Below are positions 56,493 through 64,000 of a stretch of DNA of 64,000 nt, in pieces (the stretch's first letter is position 1; each line of letters starts with the position of its first letter). The position numbers and the translations under genes were made by a program. Location: the NCBI RefSeq assembly GCF_026625565.1, contig NZ_CP112998.1, forward strand, positions 6,603,194 to 6,667,193, written 5' to 3'. This DNA comes from Dyadobacter pollutisoli (GTDB lineage: Bacteria; Bacteroidota; Bacteroidia; Cytophagales; Spirosomataceae). The notes under the pieces were generated by a model. That model was not told the origin of the DNA and searched no databases. It worked only from the letters and a program-made list of their open reading frames with translations.

Positions 56493-57710
56493 TTGACAAA
56501 TCTAAACAACGAACTATCTATGAAACACTTCAAACGTTTAATGGCGACCGTCGCCCTCTCACTGGTAATGATCACAAGTTGCCAGAAAGACATTGAAAAG
56601 GAAAGCACAGTAAGCCCCACAGAATTGCAAAATGCCCGGAACGCAGCGCGACTCTCCGCCGAATTGAAGGCGAAGTTGGATAAGGTGCGGGCATCATTGC
56701 CTGTTAGCGGCCAAAAAAATCAGCGTCAGAGCGCTGAGCTGGTATTGAAAACGCACCCGGAATATCGGAATATGATACTCAGGGCGTTGAACTTAGTGGA
56801 GACTCCGTGCAACGACAACACGGCCGTAACGCAATGGCTGGATCAGCAACTAGCTGACTGGAACAACGAAATCATTGGTTATGTGCTTGACTTTGCAATG
56901 CTGGATCTGCCAACCTATGACGCATTTGTCTTTGAAAACAGCTCTGCCAACCAGTATTTCGGAGTGAAGGGTGAGTACACCCAAAAGCTTACCAAAGCAT
57001 TTAAGGACATCAAACGATTCTGGGACATTCCGTCTGACGACATTATACTCGCAGCCATGCATGGCAACATGTTGCTTAACCGCGATAAAATAATCCGGAC
57101 TTACGTAGCCGCATTCGGTGTCGACGCAGCGACCGCTGCTCAGCTTGCCGACATTGTGGTAGAACTGACCAACGAGATTCCGCAATACAGAAAGGGCGAT
57201 CACCCTATTTTTACATTCAATGCGTTCGCCTTGGAGGGTTTTGATTATCCGCCATTCGCCAACATTCCTGATAAGATCATCATGGGCGATGGAATTTTGG
57301 CAGCATTCACCGCAACCGGCTTTGGCGATGTGGCCCCTCAGGCAATACTCGCCCACGAATTCGGTCACCATATTCAATTTGAGCTGGATTTGTTCGGCGA
57401 CCAGGAAAGTCCCGAAGCTACGCGTAGAACCGAATTGATGGCTGATGCCTACTCCGCATATTATTTGTCACATGCGAGAGGAGCTTCCATGCAATGGAAA
57501 AGGGTGAAATTGTTTATGCAGGTGTTTTTTAATATTGGCGATTGCTCATTTACGAGCGATGGTCACCACGGAACACCAACGCAAAGAATGGCTGCTGCTG
57601 AATTTGGTTACAGCGTTGCCAACAACGCTCAGAAACAAGGACATATACTGACCGCTCAACAATTTACCACCCTTTTTGAGGCACAATTGCCGACGATCGT
57701 TTTGCAATAG
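56493..57710 (+). CDS. Putative zinc metallopeptidase lipoprotein (HExxH)
   Basis: Lipobox at MKHFKRLMATVALSLVMITSC (start about 56520); zinc motif AILAHEFGHHIQFE, as in YpfJ/neutral Zn-peptidase-like families. Confidence 0.7.
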   Translation: MTNLNNELSMKHFKRLMATVALSLVMITSCQKDIEKESTVSPTELQNARNAARLSAELKAKLDKVRASLPVSGQKNQRQSAELVLKTHPEYRNMILRALNLVETPCNDNTAVTQWLDQQLADWNNEIIGYVLDFAMLDLPTYDAFVFENSSANQYFGVKGEYTQKLTKAFKDIKRFWDIPSDDIILAAMHGNMLLNRDKIIRTYVAAFGVDAATAAQLADIVVELTNEIPQYRKGDHPIFTFNAFALEGFDYPPFANIPDKIIMGDGILAAFTATGFGDVAPQAILAHEFGHHIQFELDLFGDQESPEATRRTELMADAYSAYYLSHARGASMQWKRVKLFMQVFFNIGDCSFTSDGHHGTPTQRMAAAEFGYSVANNAQKQGHILTAQQFTTLFEAQLPTIVLQ

Positions 57711-57737
57711 CGCATTTCAATGTGGGAAATAATTAGG

Positions 57738-57770
57738 GAGGCCGTCTCATTGCACATTTGAGACGGCCTC
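57738..57770 (+). terminator. Rho-independent terminator
   Basis: GAGGCCGTCTCA-ttgcacatt-TGAGACGGCCTC perfect 12-bp stem followed by a T-rich tract. Confidence 0.7.
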
Positions 57771-57917
57771 TGGCTTTGGTTTGATTTAAACCCGATGGTG
57801 CCAGGGCCAATCCGTTAAGTAACCCGCCTTGAACATTAAATTCCGAGGTACACAAAAACCAGGTAGCGCCAGATCCTACGGCCAACATAAACTTCCATTA
57901 TTGTCTACTTAGTAATA

Positions 57918-58460
57918 TTGGAAGTAATTACTTTTAATTGTAGTATGATTATACGGAGGGCGCTTTTGATTGTTGCAATTTTATTCTTTTCCTTTTTTGC
58001 CATTTACGGCAGCATGGGCGGAAATCAGTTTCTGGCATTTTTCCCGTTTTTGATGTCGATTATCGCGGGGTTGATCCTATACCAGAGCTTTGATCGCTGG
58101 GTACCTCAGACATCAATTGGCATAATAGGTTTTTTCATGGGAAGATTGCTCTTTATTGGCCTCCTATTGTATGTTGACTATGTAGTATCGTATTCGATTA
58201 GATCCAACAAGATCCAGAAAGACGGTATCAGCACCTACGGAATTGCCACAGGGATTTCAAGCCGATATCTCAGGGGTAAGCGTGATTTTTACCGGCACTT
58301 TAGTTATGTTGCCAATGGCCGGGTTTTGCAAAATAAAATCCGGTTTAGCTACGAGCTTAATCGGGGAGACACATTGTATCTGAAATATTCAAAAAGTAAC
58401 CCATACGTAATTGAGTTTGAAGACAATAGTCAAAATCGCAAGCATGGTGTCGTGAAATAG
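57918..58460 (+). CDS. Hypothetical membrane protein (180 aa)
   Basis: Three N-terminal TM helices plus a basic soluble C-domain. Confidence 0.5.
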   Translation: MEVITFNCSMIIRRALLIVAILFFSFFAIYGSMGGNQFLAFFPFLMSIIAGLILYQSFDRWVPQTSIGIIGFFMGRLLFIGLLLYVDYVVSYSIRSNKIQKDGISTYGIATGISSRYLRGKRDFYRHFSYVANGRVLQNKIRFSYELNRGDTLYLKYSKSNPYVIEFEDNSQNRKHGVVK

Positions 58461-58536
58461 CTGATTTTCCATAGATTTAGCAGTTTACAATTCAAAACCC
58501 GCTACACATTTAGCAACATTTAATTCTCCCAACACG

Positions 58537-59004
58537 ATGACAGAAATCCTTGTTCGAACGGCTACATTGTCCGATTTGCCCACATTAAGACGTTTTGAGC
58601 AAGGTGTAATCCTTGCCGAACGCCCTTTTGATCCTCTGATCAAAAATGATCCTGTTCACTATTATGATATCGAGGAAATGATCACCGCGCCCCATATCGA
58701 GATCGTAGTTGCAGAGCTGGCTGGTGAATTGGTTGGTTCTGGTTACGCACGAATTGAAAGGGCCAGGCACTATTTGAAGCATCAGCAGCATGCCTATCTT
58801 GGTTTTATGTATGTAGAACCGGCCTATCGAGGACAGGGGGTGAATCAGAAGGTTATCGGGACATTAAAGCAATGGGCAATTTCTCAAAACATTACGGAGT
58901 TGCGGCTCGATGTGTATGACGCAAATATTGCAGCCATTAAAGCCTACGAAAAAACAGGTTTCACGAAGCATCTTATCGCCATGCGACTCGGCACTATTGA
59001 CTGA
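58537..59004 (+). CDS. GNAT-family N-acetyltransferase
   Basis: Acetyl-CoA motif GFMYVEPAYRGQGVNQKVIGTLKQWA. Confidence 0.85.
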   Translation: MTEILVRTATLSDLPTLRRFEQGVILAERPFDPLIKNDPVHYYDIEEMITAPHIEIVVAELAGELVGSGYARIERARHYLKHQQHAYLGFMYVEPAYRGQGVNQKVIGTLKQWAISQNITELRLDVYDANIAAIKAYEKTGFTKHLIAMRLGTID

Positions 59005-59866
59005 GAAAGGAAAGCATGTCATAGAATTTTTTTACTGCTTTCTTCTCATAGGCTTCTCTGAGGGAAATAATCATAATGGTTCGCCTCATGTTTTTTCCAT
59101 CGATAGGGATACCGACCACATCCGGGTCGTTTACGCTGGTATCACTCAATATGGTGTGCCAATGCCCTGTTTTTACGATTTCAAATAACGTAGGGATATC
59201 ATTGATCTCCATGCAAATATTCGGGACCAGATTTTTTTGACCAAATGACTCCTCGAAAAACTGTATCGTACTGCTGCCACTGAAAGGTAAAGCCAATGGC
59301 AGCTCGGCCACTTCCTGAAGAGATATATTGGTTTTTTGCGCCAAAGACGAATTTTTGGCAGTTACCAATACCATATTGGCTTTAAAAAGGGGCTGATACT
59401 TTAAATGAGGTTCTCTGGACTCTTCATGAAATGTGAGAATAAAGTCAAAATGGTGCAGATTGAGCCTTTCGAGAAGATCTTTTGTGGTGCCAAATACAAT
59501 CTGGATTTTGATATTTGGATACTGACTGGCAAACTGTACCAATATTTTTGCGAAGAGAATTCGCATGGAATAAATCACACCGATCGTGACGTTTCCAGTA
59601 TTCAGGTTTTTCAAATCTTGTAAAAGCAATAGGCCCGCATCAGCTCTGTTGATACTCTGCAAAGCATATTCACCAAACAGATTGCCCGCTTCGGTAAGTG
59701 TAATTCTTTTTCCAATACGGTTAAACAAAGGGACACTCAGTTCATCTTCAAGCTGCTTGATTTGCTGTGATAAAGTACTTTGACTGATATTCAAAGCCCT
59801 TGCGGCTTCCGTAAAATTCAATAACTCTTTGGCTTTCAGAAAATATTTGAGCTGTCTTAATTCCAT
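58994..59866 (-). CDS. LysR-family transcriptional regulator
   Basis: N-terminal HTH MELRQLKYFLKAKELLNFTEAARALNISQSTLSQQIKQLEDEL; 290 aa. Confidence 0.9.
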   Translation of the reverse strand: MELRQLKYFLKAKELLNFTEAARALNISQSTLSQQIKQLEDELSVPLFNRIGKRITLTEAGNLFGEYALQSINRADAGLLLLQDLKNLNTGNVTIGVIYSMRILFAKILVQFASQYPNIKIQIVFGTTKDLLERLNLHHFDFILTFHEESREPHLKYQPLFKANMVLVTAKNSSLAQKTNISLQEVAELPLALPFSGSSTIQFFEESFGQKNLVPNICMEINDIPTLFEIVKTGHWHTILSDTSVNDPDVVGIPIDGKNMRRTIMIISLREAYEKKAVKKFYDMLSFLSQ

Positions 59867-59982
59867 TTTTCTAAATCGGTTTTTTCGATTGTTTTCATCG
59901 AAAAATAACGTTTTGCAAATAAAGACAATATTTTAATATTTGCGTAATTAACTCAAATTGAACATTTTAATACTTAAAACTA

Positions 59983-60396
59983 TTGACCATGAAATTAAAA
60001 CTAATTGCATCTTTTTTCCTTTTAATCAGTTCTTTTGCGGCGTTTAGTCAGGAAAAGCAAAATAGTAGCGTTGTTGAAAAAGGCTTAACCAAAGTATCCG
60101 TTATGTACCCATTTGCCGAAGGTAAGACCTTTAACATGGAGTACTATGAAACGAAGCACATGCCGATGGTAGCAGCGTTTTTAGGATCAAATTTGGTTAA
60201 ATACACCATCGAAAAGGGAGTTGCCAGCGGCATTCCTAACCAACCACTGCCTTTTATGGCGATTGGCACATTCTATATAAAAAGCCTGAGCGAGTATCAA
60301 GCAGCTATCGGGCCAAACAGAGACGCCATTCGTGCCGATTTTGCAAATTACACCAATACCACCCCTGTCATTTTGGTTAGTGAGGTGGTAAGGTAA
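59983..60396 (+). CDS. Small secreted protein (137 aa), divergent from the LysR gene
   Basis: Signal peptide; possibly dimeric alpha/beta-barrel (EthD-like). Speculative. Confidence 0.5.
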   Translation: MTMKLKLIASFFLLISSFAAFSQEKQNSSVVEKGLTKVSVMYPFAEGKTFNMEYYETKHMPMVAAFLGSNLVKYTIEKGVASGIPNQPLPFMAIGTFYIKSLSEYQAAIGPNRDAIRADFANYTNTTPVILVSEVVR

Positions 60397-60415
60397 ACAT
60401 AACGACGGGCTTCCT

Positions 60416-63079
60416 CTATTCACTTTTGAGCACCTCCACCGGATTGCTTCTCGCTGCCTTCATCGTCTGCGTGCCGATCATGATAAATGCGATCAGCATT
60501 ACCACGAGGAAGCCAATGAACAGCTCGACGATCTGCACCGGAGTATGATAGGGGAAGTTCCTGAGTATAAAATTTTCGAAGAAAATGTAGGTTACAGGCA
60601 GCGCAATGAGTGCCGATATCGACAAGAGTAACAGAAAACCGCGGCTCAATAAATAAACAAGGTTGACGGAGTCCGCACCCATCACTTTTCGGATACCGAT
60701 CTCTTTTAACCTTGTTTCGGTTGTGAACACCACCATTCCGAACAATCCCATTGACGCAATGGAAATCGCGAGGACCGACAGGAACCCGATGATCTTGATC
60801 AGGACGGAAAATTCACTATATGCTTCTTCTATTGCTTCGTCATAGAATTCTGCTTCAAATGGATGGACATGGTCCACTTTTTTCCATGTAGACTCGATCT
60901 TGGCCAATGTTGCCGGCATGTCGGAACTTTGTATTTTGACATTAATGAGCGCCCTGTCTTCCGGCGTCCAGGGCATGAATGCTACCGGTCCGATGAGGTT
61001 GTCGACCTTGCCATAATGAAAGTCTTTCATGACGCCAACAATGGTCATCTTGCGCCCATTTACTTTGAAATTGCTGAATGTTACCTTCTCTCCGATGGCT
61101 TTCTGGGGATCGTTGTTAGCAATGTTGAATCGCTTTAAAAACTGCTGGTTAACGATCACTTCGCTGGCAGCTTTGGCAGTAGTAGGCCGGGTAATAAAAT
61201 TTCCCCCGGCGATAAGCTTGTATCCGTGCAGGGAAATGTAGTTTTCATCGACATTGTTGGTCATGACAAGGGCCGAATCTTGTGAATCTTTGTATTTCAT
61301 TTGGCCGCCCCAGGCATTACCCACACTGGTGACAATGATCGACCGGGACAATGCAGTCACTTCCGGAATTTCGCTGAGTTCTTTGAGAAGTGCATCGGGC
61401 TTATTACCCTGCATATCAATGTTCAGAATGTTTTCGGTGTTGAATCCCAGATCGAATGCGAGGATGTTTTTATACTGTACATAACCAATCGCAGTGGTGG
61501 TTATGAAGATCAGCGTGACCGTGTATTGAACCACCGCCAGGGCACGTCTGAGGGTAACGTGTTTGAATACTTTCACCGTCGACACATTCCTGAGCGCATT
61601 GATCGCGCTGGTTTTCGAAAAGAATATGGCTGGCATTAGACCGGCTATGGCTCCCACGGCGACCGAAAAAACGATAAAAGCTATCACCATAGCAGGGGTG
61701 AGGCTGAGCTTCACCGTGCGCTGCATCTCCGGTGCGATATTGATCAGCTGCGGCCTGAGGAAGAGAAATAGGAAGAAAGAAAGAAAAAGGGCGGCCAGGG
61801 AGATCATGATCGCCTCAGCGAGGAACTGTTGCCGTACCTGGCTTTTCCCGGCGCCGATCGCCTTCCGAAGGCCTACTTCCTTAAACCGGCGCATGCCACG
61901 AGCAATGGACAGATTGGTATAGTTGAAACACGCAGACAATATCACAACCAATGCAAGCCCGCCGAGTACCCAGAGTACAATTGGAGGCATATGTGGGCCC
62001 ACGGGACCTCCCATACCTCCAACAAGATTTTCTCCAACCACGATATGATATAAAGGAAGAAGTTCAAGTTGGATCTTCGTGTTTTCCTCGGCTAAGTTTT
62101 CCTCCTTTGCTATTGCATTGAGCTGCGACTGAATGGAGGCGATGTCCGCATTTTCCGGTAGCATGAGATACACGTAGTTTGACCACATATTCGCCCATTG
62201 CTCGAAGTTCTTATCGCTTTTATTGAGCTGCTGCGCAGTTGACAGTGATACCAATGCTTCGAAACTGATATGGGAAAAGAATGGGACGTCCTTCATGACG
62301 CCGGTCACCTGGTATTCGAGGGTATCAAATTTAATGGCCTTGCCGATCGCAGATGCATCGCCGAACAGCTTCTTTGCCGCCGTTTCCGTGAGAACGATCG
62401 AGTAGGGGTCTCGCAGCGCCGTTTCGGGATTGCCTTCCAACATGGGCAGCGTTAAGATCCTGAAAAGGGACGGTTCCGCCCAGAAGCCTTTGATAGGAAG
62501 AACACGATCGCCGACCCTGGCATCCTGCGAAAAGTCACTGCGGATAATCGCTACCTCTTCAACACCGGTTACTTTGTCACGGATAAGCTTGCCGGTCTTG
62601 ATGGAAGTCGTTCCAAACTTGCCTCCGGACGACGATTCGCCTTTGAAACTTGCTACGTTGGTGATGCGATAGATCCGCTCGCCATTTTTGTTGAACCTGT
62701 CGTACGAACGCAGGTCAAGCGCGAATGCGATCAGCAATAACCCTACCGACATACTAATGGCAAGACCGACAATATTAATGGACGAGAACAGTTTGTTGCG
62801 CATTAAGCCGCGCCCAGATGTTTTGATGTAGCTTCCGATCATGATCCAGTTGATAAAAAGGTCGACAAATGATGGTTTTCGTACGGTATAAGTTCTGAAA
62901 AATTTGATGGCATCTATCGCGTAAATCAGCTTCGCGCGCCGCGGCCCGACGGTCCGTACATTCCGCTCGAAATATTCGTTGAGATCTCCTATGAGGTCCT
63001 CCACAAGCCCTGGCTTACAATACCACTCTACAAATCGCTGTGCCCAGGCGGGCGGATGGTGCTGCTGGTTACGCTTCAT
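60416..63079 (-). CDS. FtsX/MacB-like ABC transporter permease (887 aa) with N-terminal cytoplasmic extension
   Basis: Two FtsX-type 4-TM modules separated by periplasmic domains; typical Bacteroidetes architecture. Confidence 0.8.
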   Translation of the reverse strand: MKRNQQHHPPAWAQRFVEWYCKPGLVEDLIGDLNEYFERNVRTVGPRRAKLIYAIDAIKFFRTYTVRKPSFVDLFINWIMIGSYIKTSGRGLMRNKLFSSINIVGLAISMSVGLLLIAFALDLRSYDRFNKNGERIYRITNVASFKGESSSGGKFGTTSIKTGKLIRDKVTGVEEVAIIRSDFSQDARVGDRVLPIKGFWAEPSLFRILTLPMLEGNPETALRDPYSIVLTETAAKKLFGDASAIGKAIKFDTLEYQVTGVMKDVPFFSHISFEALVSLSTAQQLNKSDKNFEQWANMWSNYVYLMLPENADIASIQSQLNAIAKEENLAEENTKIQLELLPLYHIVVGENLVGGMGGPVGPHMPPIVLWVLGGLALVVILSACFNYTNLSIARGMRRFKEVGLRKAIGAGKSQVRQQFLAEAIMISLAALFLSFFLFLFLRPQLINIAPEMQRTVKLSLTPAMVIAFIVFSVAVGAIAGLMPAIFFSKTSAINALRNVSTVKVFKHVTLRRALAVVQYTVTLIFITTTAIGYVQYKNILAFDLGFNTENILNIDMQGNKPDALLKELSEIPEVTALSRSIIVTSVGNAWGGQMKYKDSQDSALVMTNNVDENYISLHGYKLIAGGNFITRPTTAKAASEVIVNQQFLKRFNIANNDPQKAIGEKVTFSNFKVNGRKMTIVGVMKDFHYGKVDNLIGPVAFMPWTPEDRALINVKIQSSDMPATLAKIESTWKKVDHVHPFEAEFYDEAIEEAYSEFSVLIKIIGFLSVLAISIASMGLFGMVVFTTETRLKEIGIRKVMGADSVNLVYLLSRGFLLLLSISALIALPVTYIFFENFILRNFPYHTPVQIVELFIGFLVVMLIAFIMIGTQTMKAARSNPVEVLKSE

Positions 63080-63430
63080 TTTGCAATTAATTACTTAAAT
63101 GTATGTAAAATGGTTTGATTATACATACAAAGCGTGATGATTAAATTTAATCCGTTTGGAAAAGCTGATAAAAGCAGCCGGGCTGTGCTGAGAAACGTTC
63201 ATAGGGTACCGGTAAGCTAGTAATACTGGCCAGAATAAACAATTTGCTTTGCAATGCATTAGTTTGTAATAAGTTACAAAATGTTTTTCCTTTTTTGCTT
63301 TTGCCTGTTTTCTTGGTTATTGTTTTAAAAAATCGTTGATTTAGCATACAATTGGAGCCAGCCTTTCTGCGAAGCAATCATACGAAACCAAACCAATTCA
63401 AAGAGTCGCAACTTTTAATTTCAACTCTTA

Positions 63431-64000
63431 TGAAGCCCAGTCATTGTTACCTTGCATTCATCACTTTTATCGCCTTGGCCTGTTTCAAAAAGCAGGAGGA
63501 AAAAGAAAGCCGGCAGCCCGACAGCACTTCTCGGATCACGGTTTGTTATAATCCCAAAACCACCGATTCTGAATGGTATAGTTCTGGAAAAAGGGCCCCC
63601 AGGCTCGAAGGACTGACAGGAATTGACTTCAAAATTTCGACATCCAACCCGGAAGTGCAGGCATATTTCAATCAGGGAATGATGCTTTCCTACGGTTTTA
63701 ATCATGCCGAGGCTGCCCGGTCGTTTTATCAGGCCATCCGGCTGGATTCCACTTGTGCCATGGCCTACTGGGGTTTTGCCTATGTGCTGGGCCCCAACTA
63801 TAATGCAGGCATGGAAGAAGGAAACTTCCAGCGTGCCTGGGAAGCCGGCAGGAAAGCGCAAATGCTGGCGGCCAAATGCACTCCAAAAGAACGCGCGCTG
63901 ATCGGTGCAATAGGTACCCGGTACGCAAAAGTACCCCCTGCCGACAGGAAGCCGCTGGATATTGCTTACTCCAATGCAATGGAGAAAGTATATAAGCAGT
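63431..64000 (+). CDS. Lipoprotein (partial, runs off the window end), possibly TPR-like
   Basis: ATG at 63431; lipobox FIALAC; protein-like translation ...AMAYWGFAYVLGPNYNAGMEEGNFQRAWEAG...; open to position 64000. Preferred over the low-complexity minus-strand ORFs 63421..63861 and 63698..63979. Confidence 0.55.

Noticed and set aside
63421-63979. Minus-strand ORFs 63421..63861 and 63698..63979 at the window end
   Set aside because: Low-complexity, Pro/Gly/Arg-rich translations. The plus strand carries a much more protein-like lipoprotein ORF from 63431 that runs off the window. It was probably omitted from the track because it has no stop inside the window.
1-64000. CRISPR arrays, rRNA genes, insertion sequences with terminal inverted repeats
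   Set aside because: No regularly spaced short direct repeats with unique spacers were seen. No rRNA-like conserved blocks or transposase ORFs with flanking inverted repeats were seen. The tandem repeats present are the in-gene 243-bp adhesin repeats, the 8-mer microsatellite and the iteron field.

Overview
This 64-kb window looks like a Bacteroidota chromosome, probably from a gliding Cytophagia/Sphingobacteriia-type organism, with an estimated GC content of roughly 45-50%. The evidence is three proteins with type-A T9SS C-terminal sorting domains, Bacteroidetes-style tyrosine integrases, and an NBU-like mobilizable element. Most genes lie on the minus strand.

Housekeeping genes present:
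- Fe/Mn superoxide dismutase
- tadA
- a GH3/beta-lactamase-fold fusion hydrolase
- NuoL/NuoM-family subunits
- a flotillin plus NfeD pair
- asnS
- enoyl-CoA hydratase
- tRNA-His(GTG) and tRNA-Arg(ACG)

Accessory content:
1. About 1..5.4 kb: an integrase-associated island abutting the 3' end of tRNA-His. The tRNA acceptor stem carries two mismatches. The island holds a highly divergent, insertion-rich HslV/proteasome-like N-terminal-threonine hydrolase (424 aa) with an intact Thr1/Asp17/Lys triad, coupled to a 62-aa ORF.
2. 22-31 kb: a polymorphic-toxin locus. It holds a SpvB-like T9SS-sorted protein, a secreted RHS/YD-repeat protein with a glycine-zipper C-terminal toxin, and a putative immunity protein. 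The toxin and immunity proteins share a conserved about 19-aa C-terminal tail.
3. 33.7-35.4 kb: a small orphan operon between the flotillin operon and asnS. It encodes a Panacea-like(?) N-domain fused to DUF488 and interrupted by a 1-nt frameshift, plus a 238-aa unknown protein. This is a candidate toxin-antitoxin or defence-like module.
4. 39.2-51.9 kb: a 12.7-kb NBU-like integrative mobilizable element inserted in tRNA-Arg, flanked by 45-bp direct repeats. It carries integrase, excisionase-like HTH, P-loop primase-helicase-like protein, toprim primase, MobC/relaxase, a candidate oriT hairpin, and an iteron-like TGATGAG repeat field. Cargo is an NmrA/SDR/AraC module.
5. 56.1-56.45 kb: a decayed duplicate of the 52.75-54.45 kb regulator-lipoprotein region.

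Other structure: near-identical 243-bp tandem repeats inside a 1452-aa Ig-like-repeat T9SS adhesin, and a (TGAATGAG)4 microsatellite just upstream of an ABC ATPase gene. No CRISPR arrays or rRNA genes were seen.
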